Positions 49,381 to 59,799 of a stretch of DNA of 64,000 bases are shown here, in pieces; the stretch's first letter is position 1; the number at the start of each line of letters is the position of its first letter. The DNA comes from Myxococcales bacterium (GTDB lineage: Bacteria > Myxococcota_A > UBA9042 > JABWCM01 > BTVJ01), in the NCBI GenBank assembly GCA_045863395.1, contig BTVJ01000005.1, forward strand, positions 128,001 to 192,000. The letters run 5' to 3'. The notes beneath the pieces were generated by a model that was given only the letters and a program-made list of their open reading frames with translations, was not told the DNA's origin and ran no database searches. Both the position numbers and the translations under genes were made by a program.

Positions 49381-51555
49381 TCACGTCCGGACCCGCTCGA
49401 CGGTGTAGACACCCTTGATGCGCTCGATGGAGCGCATCACGGAGCGGAGCTGATCCAGGTTCGCCACGTGGATCTGGAACAGGTTCACGGCCTTGTGGTC
49501 GTCGGTCGCGGAGCAGTGGGCCTGGGAGATGTTGACCCCCTCGTTGGTGAACGACTGGCTGATCAGCGCCAGGAGCCCCGGCGTGTCCGAGCACACGACC
49601 CGCAGGTTGATCGCGTGGGCCGCCGACGCGCCCGTGTCCCAGACCACATCGATCATGCGGTCCGGGTCGCTGTCGGCGGCGTGGGCGCAGTCGCGGGTGT
49701 GCACCGTGACCCCGCGCCCGCGCGTGACGAAGCCCACGATGTCGTCGCCGGGCACCGGGTTGCAGCAGCTCCCGTAGCGGACGAGCAGGTCCTCGATGCC
49801 GTCGAGCTTCACGCCGCCCTTGCGCTTGCCGAGGGACTTGAGGAAGGAGGTGATGCGGCCCTCCTCCTTCGGCGGCTCCAGGCCGCGCGCCTGCCGCTCC
49901 TCTGGCGGAAGCAGCGCCTCGCTGACCTGCTCTGCCCGCACCTTCCCGTAGCCGACCAGGACGCAGAGATCCTCCAGGTTCGCCGCGCGGAGCTTCTCGC
50001 ACACCTCCTGGAAGTTACCGTTCTTGCTGATCTTGTTCAGGTTCAGGCTGTACTTGCGGAGCTCCTTCTCCAGGATCTCACGCCCGATGGCCAAAGAGCG
50101 CTCCCGCTGCTCCGCGCGCAGGTATGCCTTGATGCGGTTCTTGGCGCGGGCCGTCTGGACGAAGCGCACCCAGTCCGCGCTCGGCCGCTGCGTCTTGCTG
50201 GTCAGGATCTCGACGATGTCGCCGTTGCGCAGCGTGTGGGTCAGGGGCACCATCACGCCGCCGACGCGCGCGCCGGTGCAGTGGTGACCGACCTCCGAGT
50301 GCACCGAGTAGGCGAAGTCCACCGGGGTCGCCCCCTTCGGGAACACCTTGACGTCGCCGGCGGGGGTGAAGACGTAGACCTCCTCGCTGAAGAGGTCGAC
50401 CTTCACGGTGTCCAGGAACTCGTTCGGGTCCTTCAGCTCGCGCTGCCACTCCATGAGCTGCTTGAGCCAGGCGAACTTCTGCTCGTCCTTCATGTTCATC
50501 GCCGCGCCCTCTTTGTACTTCCAGTGGGCGGCGATGCCCTCTTCGGCGATGCGGTGCATCTCCTGCGTGCGGATCTGGACCTCGATGCGCTCCCCCCGCG
50601 GCCCGATGACCGCCGTGTGCAGCGAGCGGTACATGTTGGGCTTCGGCAGCGCGATGTAGTCCTTGAAGCGGCCCGGGATGGGCTTCCAGTGGGTGTGGAT
50701 CACCCCGAGCGCCTCGTAGCAGTCCTTCACCGAGTCGAGGATCAGCCGGAACGCGATGGCGTCGTAGACCTGCTCGAACTCGATGTTCTGCTTCTTCATC
50801 TTGCGCCAGATGGAGTACAGGTGCTTCGGGCGCCCGCTCACCTCCGGCTTGATGCCGTTCTCCGCCATGACCTCGACCAGGATGCGGACCACGTCGTCCG
50901 TGTACTTCTCCCGGTGCTTCTTGGTCTTCGCGACCTTCTCGGCCAGGTCGTAGTAGTCCTCTGGCCAGATGTAGCGGAAGGACAGGTCCTCGAGCTCGGT
51001 CTTGATCCACGAGATGCCGAGCCGGTTGGCCAGCGGCGCGTAGATGTCCAGCGTCTCGACGGCGATGGTCGTGCGCTTCTGCTCGGGCAGGTGCTTGAGC
51101 GTGCGCATGTTGTGGCAGCGGTCCGCCAGCTTGACCAGGATGACGCGGATGTCCCGCGACATGGCGATGAGCATCTTGCGGAAGTTCTCGGCCTGCCGCT
51201 CCTCCTTCGTACGGAAGCTGACCTTGGCCAGCTTGGTGAGGCCATCGACCAGGTGCGCGATCTCGGCCCCGAACAGCTCGGCGAGGACCTCGACCGTCGC
51301 GAGGGTGTCCTCCACCGTGTCGTGCAGCAGGGCGGCGCAGATGCTCGCCTCGTCCAGCTTGAGGGTCGCAACGATGTCGGCCACCGCGAGCGGGTGCATC
51401 AGGTAGGGCTCGCCGCTCTTGCGCGTCTGGCCCTCGTGGACCTTCGCCGCGAACACGTAGGCGCTCTTGATCAGATCCAGATCAGGCGTGGGGTTGTAGC
51501 TTGCGACCTTGTCCAGGACGTCGCTGAGCTTGAGCGTCTCCAATGCAGCACCCAT
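49381..51555 (-). CDS. relA: Bifunctional (p)ppGpp synthetase/hydrolase
   Basis: RKSGEPY, HDTVED, KLADR, RFKDYI, YRSLHT, EVQIRT, TGS (DFAY) and ACT domains. Confidence 0.97.
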   Translation of the reverse strand: MGAALETLKLSDVLDKVASYNPTPDLDLIKSAYVFAAKVHEGQTRKSGEPYLMHPLAVADIVATLKLDEASICAALLHDTVEDTLATVEVLAELFGAEIAHLVDGLTKLAKVSFRTKEERQAENFRKMLIAMSRDIRVILVKLADRCHNMRTLKHLPEQKRTTIAVETLDIYAPLANRLGISWIKTELEDLSFRYIWPEDYYDLAEKVAKTKKHREKYTDDVVRILVEVMAENGIKPEVSGRPKHLYSIWRKMKKQNIEFEQVYDAIAFRLILDSVKDCYEALGVIHTHWKPIPGRFKDYIALPKPNMYRSLHTAVIGPRGERIEVQIRTQEMHRIAEEGIAAHWKYKEGAAMNMKDEQKFAWLKQLMEWQRELKDPNEFLDTVKVDLFSEEVYVFTPAGDVKVFPKGATPVDFAYSVHSEVGHHCTGARVGGVMVPLTHTLRNGDIVEILTSKTQRPSADWVRFVQTARAKNRIKAYLRAEQRERSLAIGREILEKELRKYSLNLNKISKNGNFQEVCEKLRAANLEDLCVLVGYGKVRAEQVSEALLPPEERQARGLEPPKEEGRITSFLKSLGKRKGGVKLDGIEDLLVRYGSCCNPVPGDDIVGFVTRGRGVTVHTRDCAHAADSDPDRMIDVVWDTGASAAHAINLRVVCSDTPGLLALISQSFTNEGVNISQAHCSATDDHKAVNLFQIHVANLDQLRSVMRSIERIKGVYTVERVRT

Positions 51556-51736
51556 CAACGAGCCCCTTGTGCCGCTGGCAGGTTCGGTTCCCCGGCGACT
51601 AGCCCTGCCCGACCTGACACGAGGGCAGGGGTACTGTGCGCCTTCTCACAACGCGAGGCAAGACGCAAGGTGTTCCACGCCCCCGCGGCCTACGGGATCT
51701 GGCGCGCCGTCGCTGTCAGATGGGGATGAGAGGGGG

Positions 51737-53179
51737 CTACTGCTGGAGCACTGCGGCGGCGCGGCGGAAGCGATCCTGGCACAGGGCCTTGCCCATGGCC
51801 TCCATGGTCTCGAACAGCGGGGGCGACGCGACGCGCCCCGTGACGAGGACACGGATGGTCATGAACAGGTCGCGGACCTTCCAGTCCGGGTTCTTTTCGG
51901 GCCAGGCGCGCAGCACGGCCTCGATCTCCGCCGTCTTCCACCGGTGGAGCGCGTCGAGCTGCTCCCCGATGTCGCGGACCATGCGGTAGGTGTCCGCCTT
52001 GTCGTGGCCCTTCTTGGGGATGAGCTGCTCCGCCGTCACGGCCACGTCCGTGGTGAAGAAGAAGTCCGCCAGGGGCACGAACTCGTCGAGGCGCCGCATG
52101 CGCTCCTGCACGAGCGGCATGATGCGTGCCATCAGGTCCGCGTCGAACACCTCGGCCAGGACCCGCGCCCGGAGCTCCTCGGGCGACAGGTCGCGGATGT
52201 AGTTCCCGTTGAGCCACTCCAGCTTCTCGATGTTGAAGACCGGCCCGGACAGGCTCATGCGCTCCCAGGTGAAGGCGCCGATCATCTCGTCGAGGGTGAA
52301 CTTCTCCACGTCCCCGGGCATGGACCAGCCCATCATCGCCAGGAAGTTGAGCATCGTCTCGGGCAGGAAGCCGGCCTTGCGAAAGAACTCCAGGCTCACC
52401 GGGTTCTTGCGCTTCGAGATCTTGCTCTTGTCCGCGTTGCGCAGGAGCGGCATGTGGACGAAGGTCGGCGGCTCCCAGCCGAAGGCCGCGTAGAGCATCA
52501 GGTGCTTGGGGGTCGACGGGATCCACTCCTCGGCGCGGATCACGTGGGTGATCTCCATGAGGTGGTCATCGACGACGTTGGCCAGGTGGTAGGTGGGGAA
52601 GCCGTCGGACTTGAGGAGCACCTGGTCGTCGATCTGCTCGTTCTCATAGGCGATGGCGCCCCGGAGCAGGTCGTTGACGACCGTGACCCCCACGCCGGGT
52701 GTCTTCAGGCGCACGACGTGGGGCTCGCAGGCGTCGAGGCGTGCGGCGACGTCCGCCGCGGACAGGTCGCGGCACACCCCGTCGTACCGGGTCGGCAGCT
52801 TCATGCGCCGCTGCTGGTCCCGGAGCCGGTCGAGGCGGTCGGCGGAGCAGAAGCAGCGGTAGGCCGACCCACCGTCGATGAGCGCCTGCACGTGCTCCCG
52901 GTAGAGGTGCGTGCGCTCGGACTGGCGGTAGGGTCCGTAGGGGCCGCCCACGTCGGGGCCCTCGTCCCAGCGCAGGCCGACCCAGTGGAGGCTCCGATAG
53001 ATGGCCTCCTCCGACTCCCAGGTCGAGCGGGTCTGGTCCGTGTCCTCGATGCGCAGCACGAAGCGCCCGCCGTGGTGGCGCGCGAAGACCATATTGAACA
53101 GCCCGATGTAGGCGGTGCCCACGTGGGGGTCACCAGTCGGGCTCGGGGCAATGCGGACGCGCACTGGGCGGTCGGTCAT
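51737..53179 (-). CDS. gltX: Glutamate--tRNA ligase
   Basis: RIAPSPTG..HVG, RIEDTD, YRQSER, PTYHLANVVDD, KISKR. Confidence 0.96.
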   Translation of the reverse strand: MTDRPVRVRIAPSPTGDPHVGTAYIGLFNMVFARHHGGRFVLRIEDTDQTRSTWESEEAIYRSLHWVGLRWDEGPDVGGPYGPYRQSERTHLYREHVQALIDGGSAYRCFCSADRLDRLRDQQRRMKLPTRYDGVCRDLSAADVAARLDACEPHVVRLKTPGVGVTVVNDLLRGAIAYENEQIDDQVLLKSDGFPTYHLANVVDDHLMEITHVIRAEEWIPSTPKHLMLYAAFGWEPPTFVHMPLLRNADKSKISKRKNPVSLEFFRKAGFLPETMLNFLAMMGWSMPGDVEKFTLDEMIGAFTWERMSLSGPVFNIEKLEWLNGNYIRDLSPEELRARVLAEVFDADLMARIMPLVQERMRRLDEFVPLADFFFTTDVAVTAEQLIPKKGHDKADTYRMVRDIGEQLDALHRWKTAEIEAVLRAWPEKNPDWKVRDLFMTIRVLVTGRVASPPLFETMEAMGKALCQDRFRRAAAVLQQ

Positions 53180-53230
53180 GTGTCCTCCTTGGAGGGTGCC
53201 GGCATCATCTACACCGAAGCTCCGCGAGGT

Positions 53231-53884
53231 TCAACCCATAGCGGCGAGCGCGTCGATGGCCCCCGTCATGCGCTCGGTGCGGAGCTCCGCCGCCCGGATC
53301 ACGGCGAGCAGGTCCGCCAGTGCGGCCTCCAGCACCTCGTTGACGATGACGTGGCCGTAGTGGCGGGCCCAGCCGACCTCCTCCCGGGCGACCGAGAGGC
53401 GCCGCGCGACGGCCTCGGGGCTGTCCGTGCCGCGCCCCCGCAGCCGCTGCTCCAGCACGCGGAGGTCCGGCGGCAGCACGAACACGCTCACGGCGTCAGG
53501 AAAGGCCCGCATGATGGACATGCCACCCTGCACGTCGATGTCGAGCAGGACGTGGCGGCCACCACCTCGAATGCGCTGGATCTCGGCGCGGGAGGTGCCA
53601 TAGCGGTGGCCATACACCTGGGCCCACTCTGCCATCTCACCTTGCGCGACGAGCCGATCGAAGGCCGTGTCGTCGACGAAGCGATACTCCACGCCGTCAC
53701 GCTCGGCGCCCCGAGGGGCGCGCGTCGTGTGCGAGACGGAGAGGTCCACGTCGCCGCGGCGCTCGCGCAGGAGCTTGATCAGCGTGGACTTGCCGCCACC
53801 GGACGGGGCGGACACCACGATGATCAGCCCAGGCGGGCGCTGGCCGGACGTGTTCGGGGGCGACCCGGGCACCGTCAAGCTCAC
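53231..53884 (-). CDS. gmk: Guanylate kinase
   Basis: [46 protein letters not shown] overlap with remA. Confidence 0.95.
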   Translation of the reverse strand: MSLTVPGSPPNTSGQRPPGLIIVVSAPSGGGKSTLIKLLRERRGDVDLSVSHTTRAPRGAERDGVEYRFVDDTAFDRLVAQGEMAEWAQVYGHRYGTSRAEIQRIRGGGRHVLLDIDVQGGMSIMRAFPDAVSVFVLPPDLRVLEQRLRGRGTDSPEAVARRLSVAREEVGWARHYGHVIVNEVLEAALADLLAVIRAAELRTERMTGAIDALAAMG

Positions 53885-54177
53885 TTGTCGGCGACCTCTT
53901 CGTCGACCTCGCCGCCCTTCTTGCCGTTGTTGCCGAAGCGCTGGGCGACGGTCTCGGCCTGGACGGCGGACAGGACGACGTGGTCGCTGTCCATGACGAT
54001 GATCGACCGGGTGCGACGCCCCTGCGTCGCGTCGAGGAGGCGGGCGCGCTCCTTGGCGTCCTCCTTCAGGCGCTTCATGGGCGCCGATGACGGCGTCACG
54101 ATGGCGATCACACGGTCGGCGACGACAAAGTTGCCGTAGCCGATGTTCAGTAGGGGATTCTTCATTGACTGTGCCAC
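53881..54177 (-). CDS. remA: RemA/DUF370 family regulator
   Basis: [36 protein letters not shown]; yicC-remA-gmk synteny. Confidence 0.9.
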   Translation of the reverse strand: MAQSMKNPLLNIGYGNFVVADRVIAIVTPSSAPMKRLKEDAKERARLLDATQGRRTRSIIVMDSDHVVLSAVQAETVAQRFGNNGKKGGEVDEEVADK

Positions 54178-54180
54178 TCC

Positions 54181-55074
54181 TCACTCCAGGTTCATGACCT
54201 GCTCCCGGATCCGCTCGACCTCGCACCGTGCGTCGATGCAGAGCCTCGTGACCGAGAGCCGCCCCGATTTCGCGGCGATCGTCGCCGTCTCCCGCTGCAT
54301 CTCCTGAGCCAGGAACGCCAGGCGGCGCCCCACGGGCTCACCATCCACCAACCCGAGCAGGGTCACGGCTTCGTGCGCGTGGGCGCGAAGTCTGACGATC
54401 TCCTCGGTGATATCCGCTCGATCCGCGATGAGGGCAAGCTCTTGTTCCATTCGCCTGTCCGCCGGTCCCCCATCCAACCCGGCGGTCAGCTCCCCCCAGC
54501 GCTCGGTCAACCGCTGGCGTGCGTCGAGGCGGCCAAGCTCGGCCTCCCCCTCCAGCAACTCCGTCAGCGCGATCAGCGTCGACGCGCGCCCCTGCAAGTC
54601 GAGCGCCAGGCGCTCGCCCTCGGCGGCCCGCGTGGACACGAGCTGCTCACAGGCGACCGCCAGGGCTCCCAGGAGTGGCCCGCGCACACTCGCGAGCGCG
54701 GGGCCGCCCTCCTCGATGCGGATCAGGCCCTCCAGCGAGACCAGAGCATCGAGAGTGACATCCCCCTCCAACTTCAGCTCCGCCCGCAGGCGGCGGAGCA
54801 CCTCTACGACCGACGCCGCGAGGGTCTCGTCGACGACGACACGCACCGAGGAGGCTCCGCCGTCCTCGGGACGCACGAAGACCTCCACTGAACCGCGCTG
54901 CACGTGGGACCGCACGAGGGCCCCCATCTCCGGCTCCAGCGCGAGGAGCTCCCGAGGGAGCCGCAGCTTGATGTCCAGGCCCTTGTGGTTCAAGGCGCGG
55001 ACCTCAACCCGGTACGGGATGCCCGTCGCCTCGACGGAGGCCGCCCCGTAGCCGGTCATGCTGCGCGTCGTCAC
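54181..55074 (-). CDS. yicC: YicC/YloC family endoribonuclease
   Basis: RSMTGYG, NHKGLD, DITEEIVRL, GRRLAFLAQEMQRE, REQVMNLE. Confidence 0.92.
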   Translation of the reverse strand: MTTRSMTGYGAASVEATGIPYRVEVRALNHKGLDIKLRLPRELLALEPEMGALVRSHVQRGSVEVFVRPEDGGASSVRVVVDETLAASVVEVLRRLRAELKLEGDVTLDALVSLEGLIRIEEGGPALASVRGPLLGALAVACEQLVSTRAAEGERLALDLQGRASTLIALTELLEGEAELGRLDARQRLTERWGELTAGLDGGPADRRMEQELALIADRADITEEIVRLRAHAHEAVTLLGLVDGEPVGRRLAFLAQEMQRETATIAAKSGRLSVTRLCIDARCEVERIREQVMNLE

Positions 55075-55124
55075 TGCAAGCTCCTGAAACCGCGACAATT
55101 TCCGCAGCGCCAAGCCGGAGGGGG

Positions 55125-55153
55125 ATAGTAGCAACGCGCCTCCGGGGATTCAA
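55125..55153 (-). promoter_or_regulatory. sigma70-like promoter for yicC-remA-gmk
   Basis: Minus strand TTGAAT-N17-TACTAT with TG extension. Confidence 0.5.
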
Positions 55154-55320
55154 GCATTCCCGGCACGGGTGGAGCACCAATCGGCGGACGAACGAAACCG
55201 GATGACGTCGCGCCATCCTCTTGGACTTCCGGCGCTCTCAGACCGACTGGGGCGATCAGCGTGCCCCGGGGAGTCGGTTCGATTGCGGCGCTCGCTCGTG
55301 CTGTGCGTGACGGCGGCGCG

Positions 55321-56262
55321 TCACACCGAGAAGGGGTGCCGCTCGTACCAGGCGACGGTGGCGCGCAGGCCCTCCTCGAACGGGACCACCACCGTGTAAC
55401 CCAGGTCGCGCTGCGCCCGCTCGATGTCGGCGAGGGAGTGGCGGATGTCACCAGGGCGCGCGGCCTGGAGGTCCGGCTCGATGTGCGTGCCCAGGATCTC
55501 GTTGAGGAGGTCCACGAGCTGGAGCAGGTCATACCGCACGCCGCACGCAACGTTGTAGATGTTGCCCGGCGCCGCGGGTGCGGTGCAGGCGAGCAGGTTC
55601 GCCTGGACCACGTTGTCGATGTAGGAGAAGTCGCGGGACTGGAGTCCGTCGCCGTACACGATGGGACGGAGCCCCGCCTGCATGCGCGCGATGAAGCGCG
55701 GGATGACGGCGGCGTAGTGGGAGGCGGGATCCTGGCGCGGTCCGAACACGTTGAAGTAGCGCAGTGAAACGACCTCCAGGCCATAGAGCTGGGTGAAGAC
55801 CTGGCCGTACATCTCTGCGACGAGCTTCGTGATGGCGTACGGGGAGATGGGCGACGGGGTCATGGTCTCCACCTTGGGCAGGACCTCCGTCTCGCCGTAC
55901 GCCGACGACGACGCCGCCATGACGACGCGCCTGACCCCCGCGTCCCGGGCCGCAAGAAGGACGTGCAGCGTCCCGTTCACGTTGGCGTCGTTGCTGGTCA
56001 GCGGGTCCTCGATGGAGCGCGCGACGGACGGGACCGCCGCCTGGTGCAGGACGTAGTCCACGCCGGTGACCGCGCCGCGCACGGTCGCCAGGTCGCGGAC
56101 GTCGCCCTCGATGATGGTCGCGCCCCTGGCGTCGGCGAGGTTCTCGCGGCGCCCCGAGGAGAAGTCGTCGAGGACCCGCACGTCGTGGCCGGCCGCCAGC
56201 AGCGCCGTGACCAGGTTGGAGCCGATGAAGCCGGCGCCGCCGGTGACGAGGAAGGTGGTCAT
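55321..56262 (-). CDS. NAD-dependent nucleotide-sugar epimerase/dehydratase (extended SDR)
   Basis: VTGGAGFIGS, HQAA, ASSSAYG, YAITK, RYFNVFGPRQ, GDGLQSRDF. Confidence 0.93.
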   Translation of the reverse strand: MTTFLVTGGAGFIGSNLVTALLAAGHDVRVLDDFSSGRRENLADARGATIIEGDVRDLATVRGAVTGVDYVLHQAAVPSVARSIEDPLTSNDANVNGTLHVLLAARDAGVRRVVMAASSSAYGETEVLPKVETMTPSPISPYAITKLVAEMYGQVFTQLYGLEVVSLRYFNVFGPRQDPASHYAAVIPRFIARMQAGLRPIVYGDGLQSRDFSYIDNVVQANLLACTAPAAPGNIYNVACGVRYDLLQLVDLLNEILGTHIEPDLQAARPGDIRHSLADIERAQRDLGYTVVVPFEEGLRATVAWYERHPFSV

Positions 56263-56293
56263 TGGTGCCCTCTCCGGGGGTTGCTGGCAACGC

Positions 56294-57655
56294 CTAGTCG
56301 GCGATCTCCCACGCCCGGTCGGCGAAGGTGTCAAGGATGCCGAGGTCGTCGGCCAGGTCGAGCACGGTGTAACGGGAGCGCATGTCGCGCGCTACGCGGA
56401 CCGTCTCAGCGAGCGTCGTGGGGTCGATGCCGAGCGCGGCGGCGTGCACCGGCGCCCCCGCCTGGCGAAGGGCGGACTCGATGGCCGCCGCCGAGATCCC
56501 CGCGCGGGCGCGGATGTCGGGCCACCGCTCGACGAGGCGCCCCAGCAAGGCGCGGCGCTCCCCGGGGGGGCGGAACTTGGCCAGGGACTCCGCCACGACG
56601 CCGTCCACGATCTCGGCAGGCAACAGCGGGTGGCGGGCGCGCACCTCGCGCTCCCGCTCGGCAGGGGTCTGGGGACCGGCCGCCGCGAGGGCGTCCAGGT
56701 CCAGACGCTCGGCTGGCGTAGCCAGGATATCCTCGTAGAGGCGCCCCGTGATCACCGTGGCGACCCCGACCTGGAGGCCGTGAAGGGCACGAACCGGGCG
56801 CCCGGCGGCGTGCTCCACCATGTCCCAGTAGTGGCTGATCAGGTGCTCCCCCCCCGAGGCCGGTGACGAGGAGCCGGCGAGAGCCATGCTGAACCCGCTG
56901 AGGAGCAGCGTCTCCGTCAGGCGATGCACCGCGGACGGCGTGCCCTCCCCGATGCCGCGCGCGTGGTCGAGCAGCTCGCGGAAGGCGCCGTCGAGCAGCT
57001 CGGCGGGGAGCGCGCACCAGTACTCGTCGAGCAGGGCGTGGGCCAGGTACCAGTCCCCGTTGGAGAAGGGCTTGGAGCACAGGTCCCCGAAGCCGGCCAG
57101 CCTGAGGACGCGAGGCGCCGCGGCGAGGACGTCCACGTCCGCGAAGACCGCGAGCGCCTGGCGCGCGGGGAGCGTGCGCTTGACGCCCCCCGACAGGATG
57201 GCGGCGATGGCGGACGTGTAGCCGTTCATGGACGGCGCCGTGGGGCACGTGATGTAGGTCAGCTCGGCCCGGTGCGCCGCGAGCTTCGCCACGTCGTTGA
57301 CCGTGCCGGCGCCCGCGGCGACGACCAGGGACGGCCGCGCCGCGGCGATGGCGGCGAGCGCCCGATCCACGGTCTCGTCGTCGGCGGTGGGCGGGTGCCC
57401 GTGGTGATCGGGGAGCACCAGGGCCGACGTGGCGACGCTCGCGCCCTCGAGGAGTGCTACGATGCGATCACCGGCGGCCGCCATGGTGCGCGTGTCACCC
57501 ACCACCAGCGCCGCTGCGTGACCCTGCGCGGCCACCCAGGCAGGGACTCGCTCCAGGGCGCCGGCCTCCACGTGGACCGCTCGGGTGCGCGTCACGTGGG
57601 CGCGGCCGCATGCACAAGGGAGCTGGCGATCCAGGATCGATGCGATCATGCTCAC
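56294..57655 (-). CDS. sn-glycerol-1-phosphate dehydrogenase-like protein (EgsA/AraM family)
   Basis: CACGRAH, GAGTVNDVAK, PTAPSMNG, AGFGDL, SSPASGGEHLISH, LHGLQVG. Confidence 0.82.
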   Translation of the reverse strand: MSMIASILDRQLPCACGRAHVTRTRAVHVEAGALERVPAWVAAQGHAAALVVGDTRTMAAAGDRIVALLEGASVATSALVLPDHHGHPPTADDETVDRALAAIAAARPSLVVAAGAGTVNDVAKLAAHRAELTYITCPTAPSMNGYTSAIAAILSGGVKRTLPARQALAVFADVDVLAAAPRVLRLAGFGDLCSKPFSNGDWYLAHALLDEYWCALPAELLDGAFRELLDHARGIGEGTPSAVHRLTETLLLSGFSMALAGSSSPASGGEHLISHYWDMVEHAAGRPVRALHGLQVGVATVITGRLYEDILATPAERLDLDALAAAGPQTPAEREREVRARHPLLPAEIVDGVVAESLAKFRPPGERRALLGRLVERWPDIRARAGISAAAIESALRQAGAPVHAAALGIDPTTLAETVRVARDMRSRYTVLDLADDLGILDTFADRAWEIAD

Positions 57656-57684
57656 GGTCGGTCCCTCCGGCGAGGTGCGGCTGG

Positions 57685-57713
57685 ATGATGTCGCGCCCGC
57701 CAGACGCTGTCAA
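57685..57713 (-). promoter_or_regulatory. sigma70-like promoter
   Basis: Minus strand TTGACA-N17-CATCAT. Confidence 0.35.
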
Positions 57714-57727
57714 CGCAGGGAGGAGTC

Positions 57728-58351
57728 GTGGAGCCCTACGGATCCCTCGAGAGCGCCGTGCGAGCGCTCCTGGACCAGCACGAGTGGGTGGCGCTGGCCG
57801 CGCTGGCGCTCTCCTCGGTAGTGGAGTACGTGTTCCCGCCCTTCCCGGGGGACACGGTCACCCTGGCGGGCGCCGTCCTCGTCACGGGGTTCGGGTGGGC
57901 CTTCCTGCCCGTGTTCGCCGCGGTCACCCTCGGCTCCATCGCCGGCTCCGCCCTGGCCTTCGCCGCCGGCCAGTGGCTCTACCGCCGAGGCTTCCTGAGC
58001 CCGACCGAGGGCTCCCGCGCCAAGGAGGCCCGGGGCACCCTGCTGCGCCTCGTAGGGCGCTTCGAGCGCCACGGAGAGGCGTACCTCATCGTCAACCGCT
58101 TCCTGCCGGGCATCCGCGCCCTGTTCTTCGTGGCCGCCGGGCTCGCGCACATGCGCCTGAGCCGCGTGCTCTTCTACTCGGCGGTCAGCGCCACACTGTG
58201 GAACCTGGCCATCATGGCGCTGGGGCTGGCCATCGGGAGCAATCTGGAGGCCATCGAGCGCGTCGCGTCGAGCTGGTCCCTCGTCATGGGCGTGGTGATC
58301 GGGGCCGTGCTCCTCTACGTCACCGTGAGGTGGGTGCTGCGGCGCCGGCGG

Positions 58352-58360
<9 letters not shown>
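57728..58360 (+). CDS. DedA family membrane protein
   Basis: EYVFPPFPGD, GSIAG, RFLPGIR, SATLW; SD GGAGGAG. Confidence 0.9.
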
Positions 58361-59674
<1,314 letters not shown>

Positions 59675-59799
59675 GTCATGCTCCCGTGGGCGCCGAGCGA
59701 ATGCTTTTCGCAAGGCGAACGCTATGATACCCTCACCGCCTCGCGTGGCCAACAGCCCCTGGTCCAATGGTCCCGGATGGGCTTGGAGGTGTGCTCCCG

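Noticed and set aside
55261..55300. GGTTCGATT resembling a tRNA T-loop
   Set aside because: The flanking T-stem is imperfect and there is no acceptor or anticodon arm.
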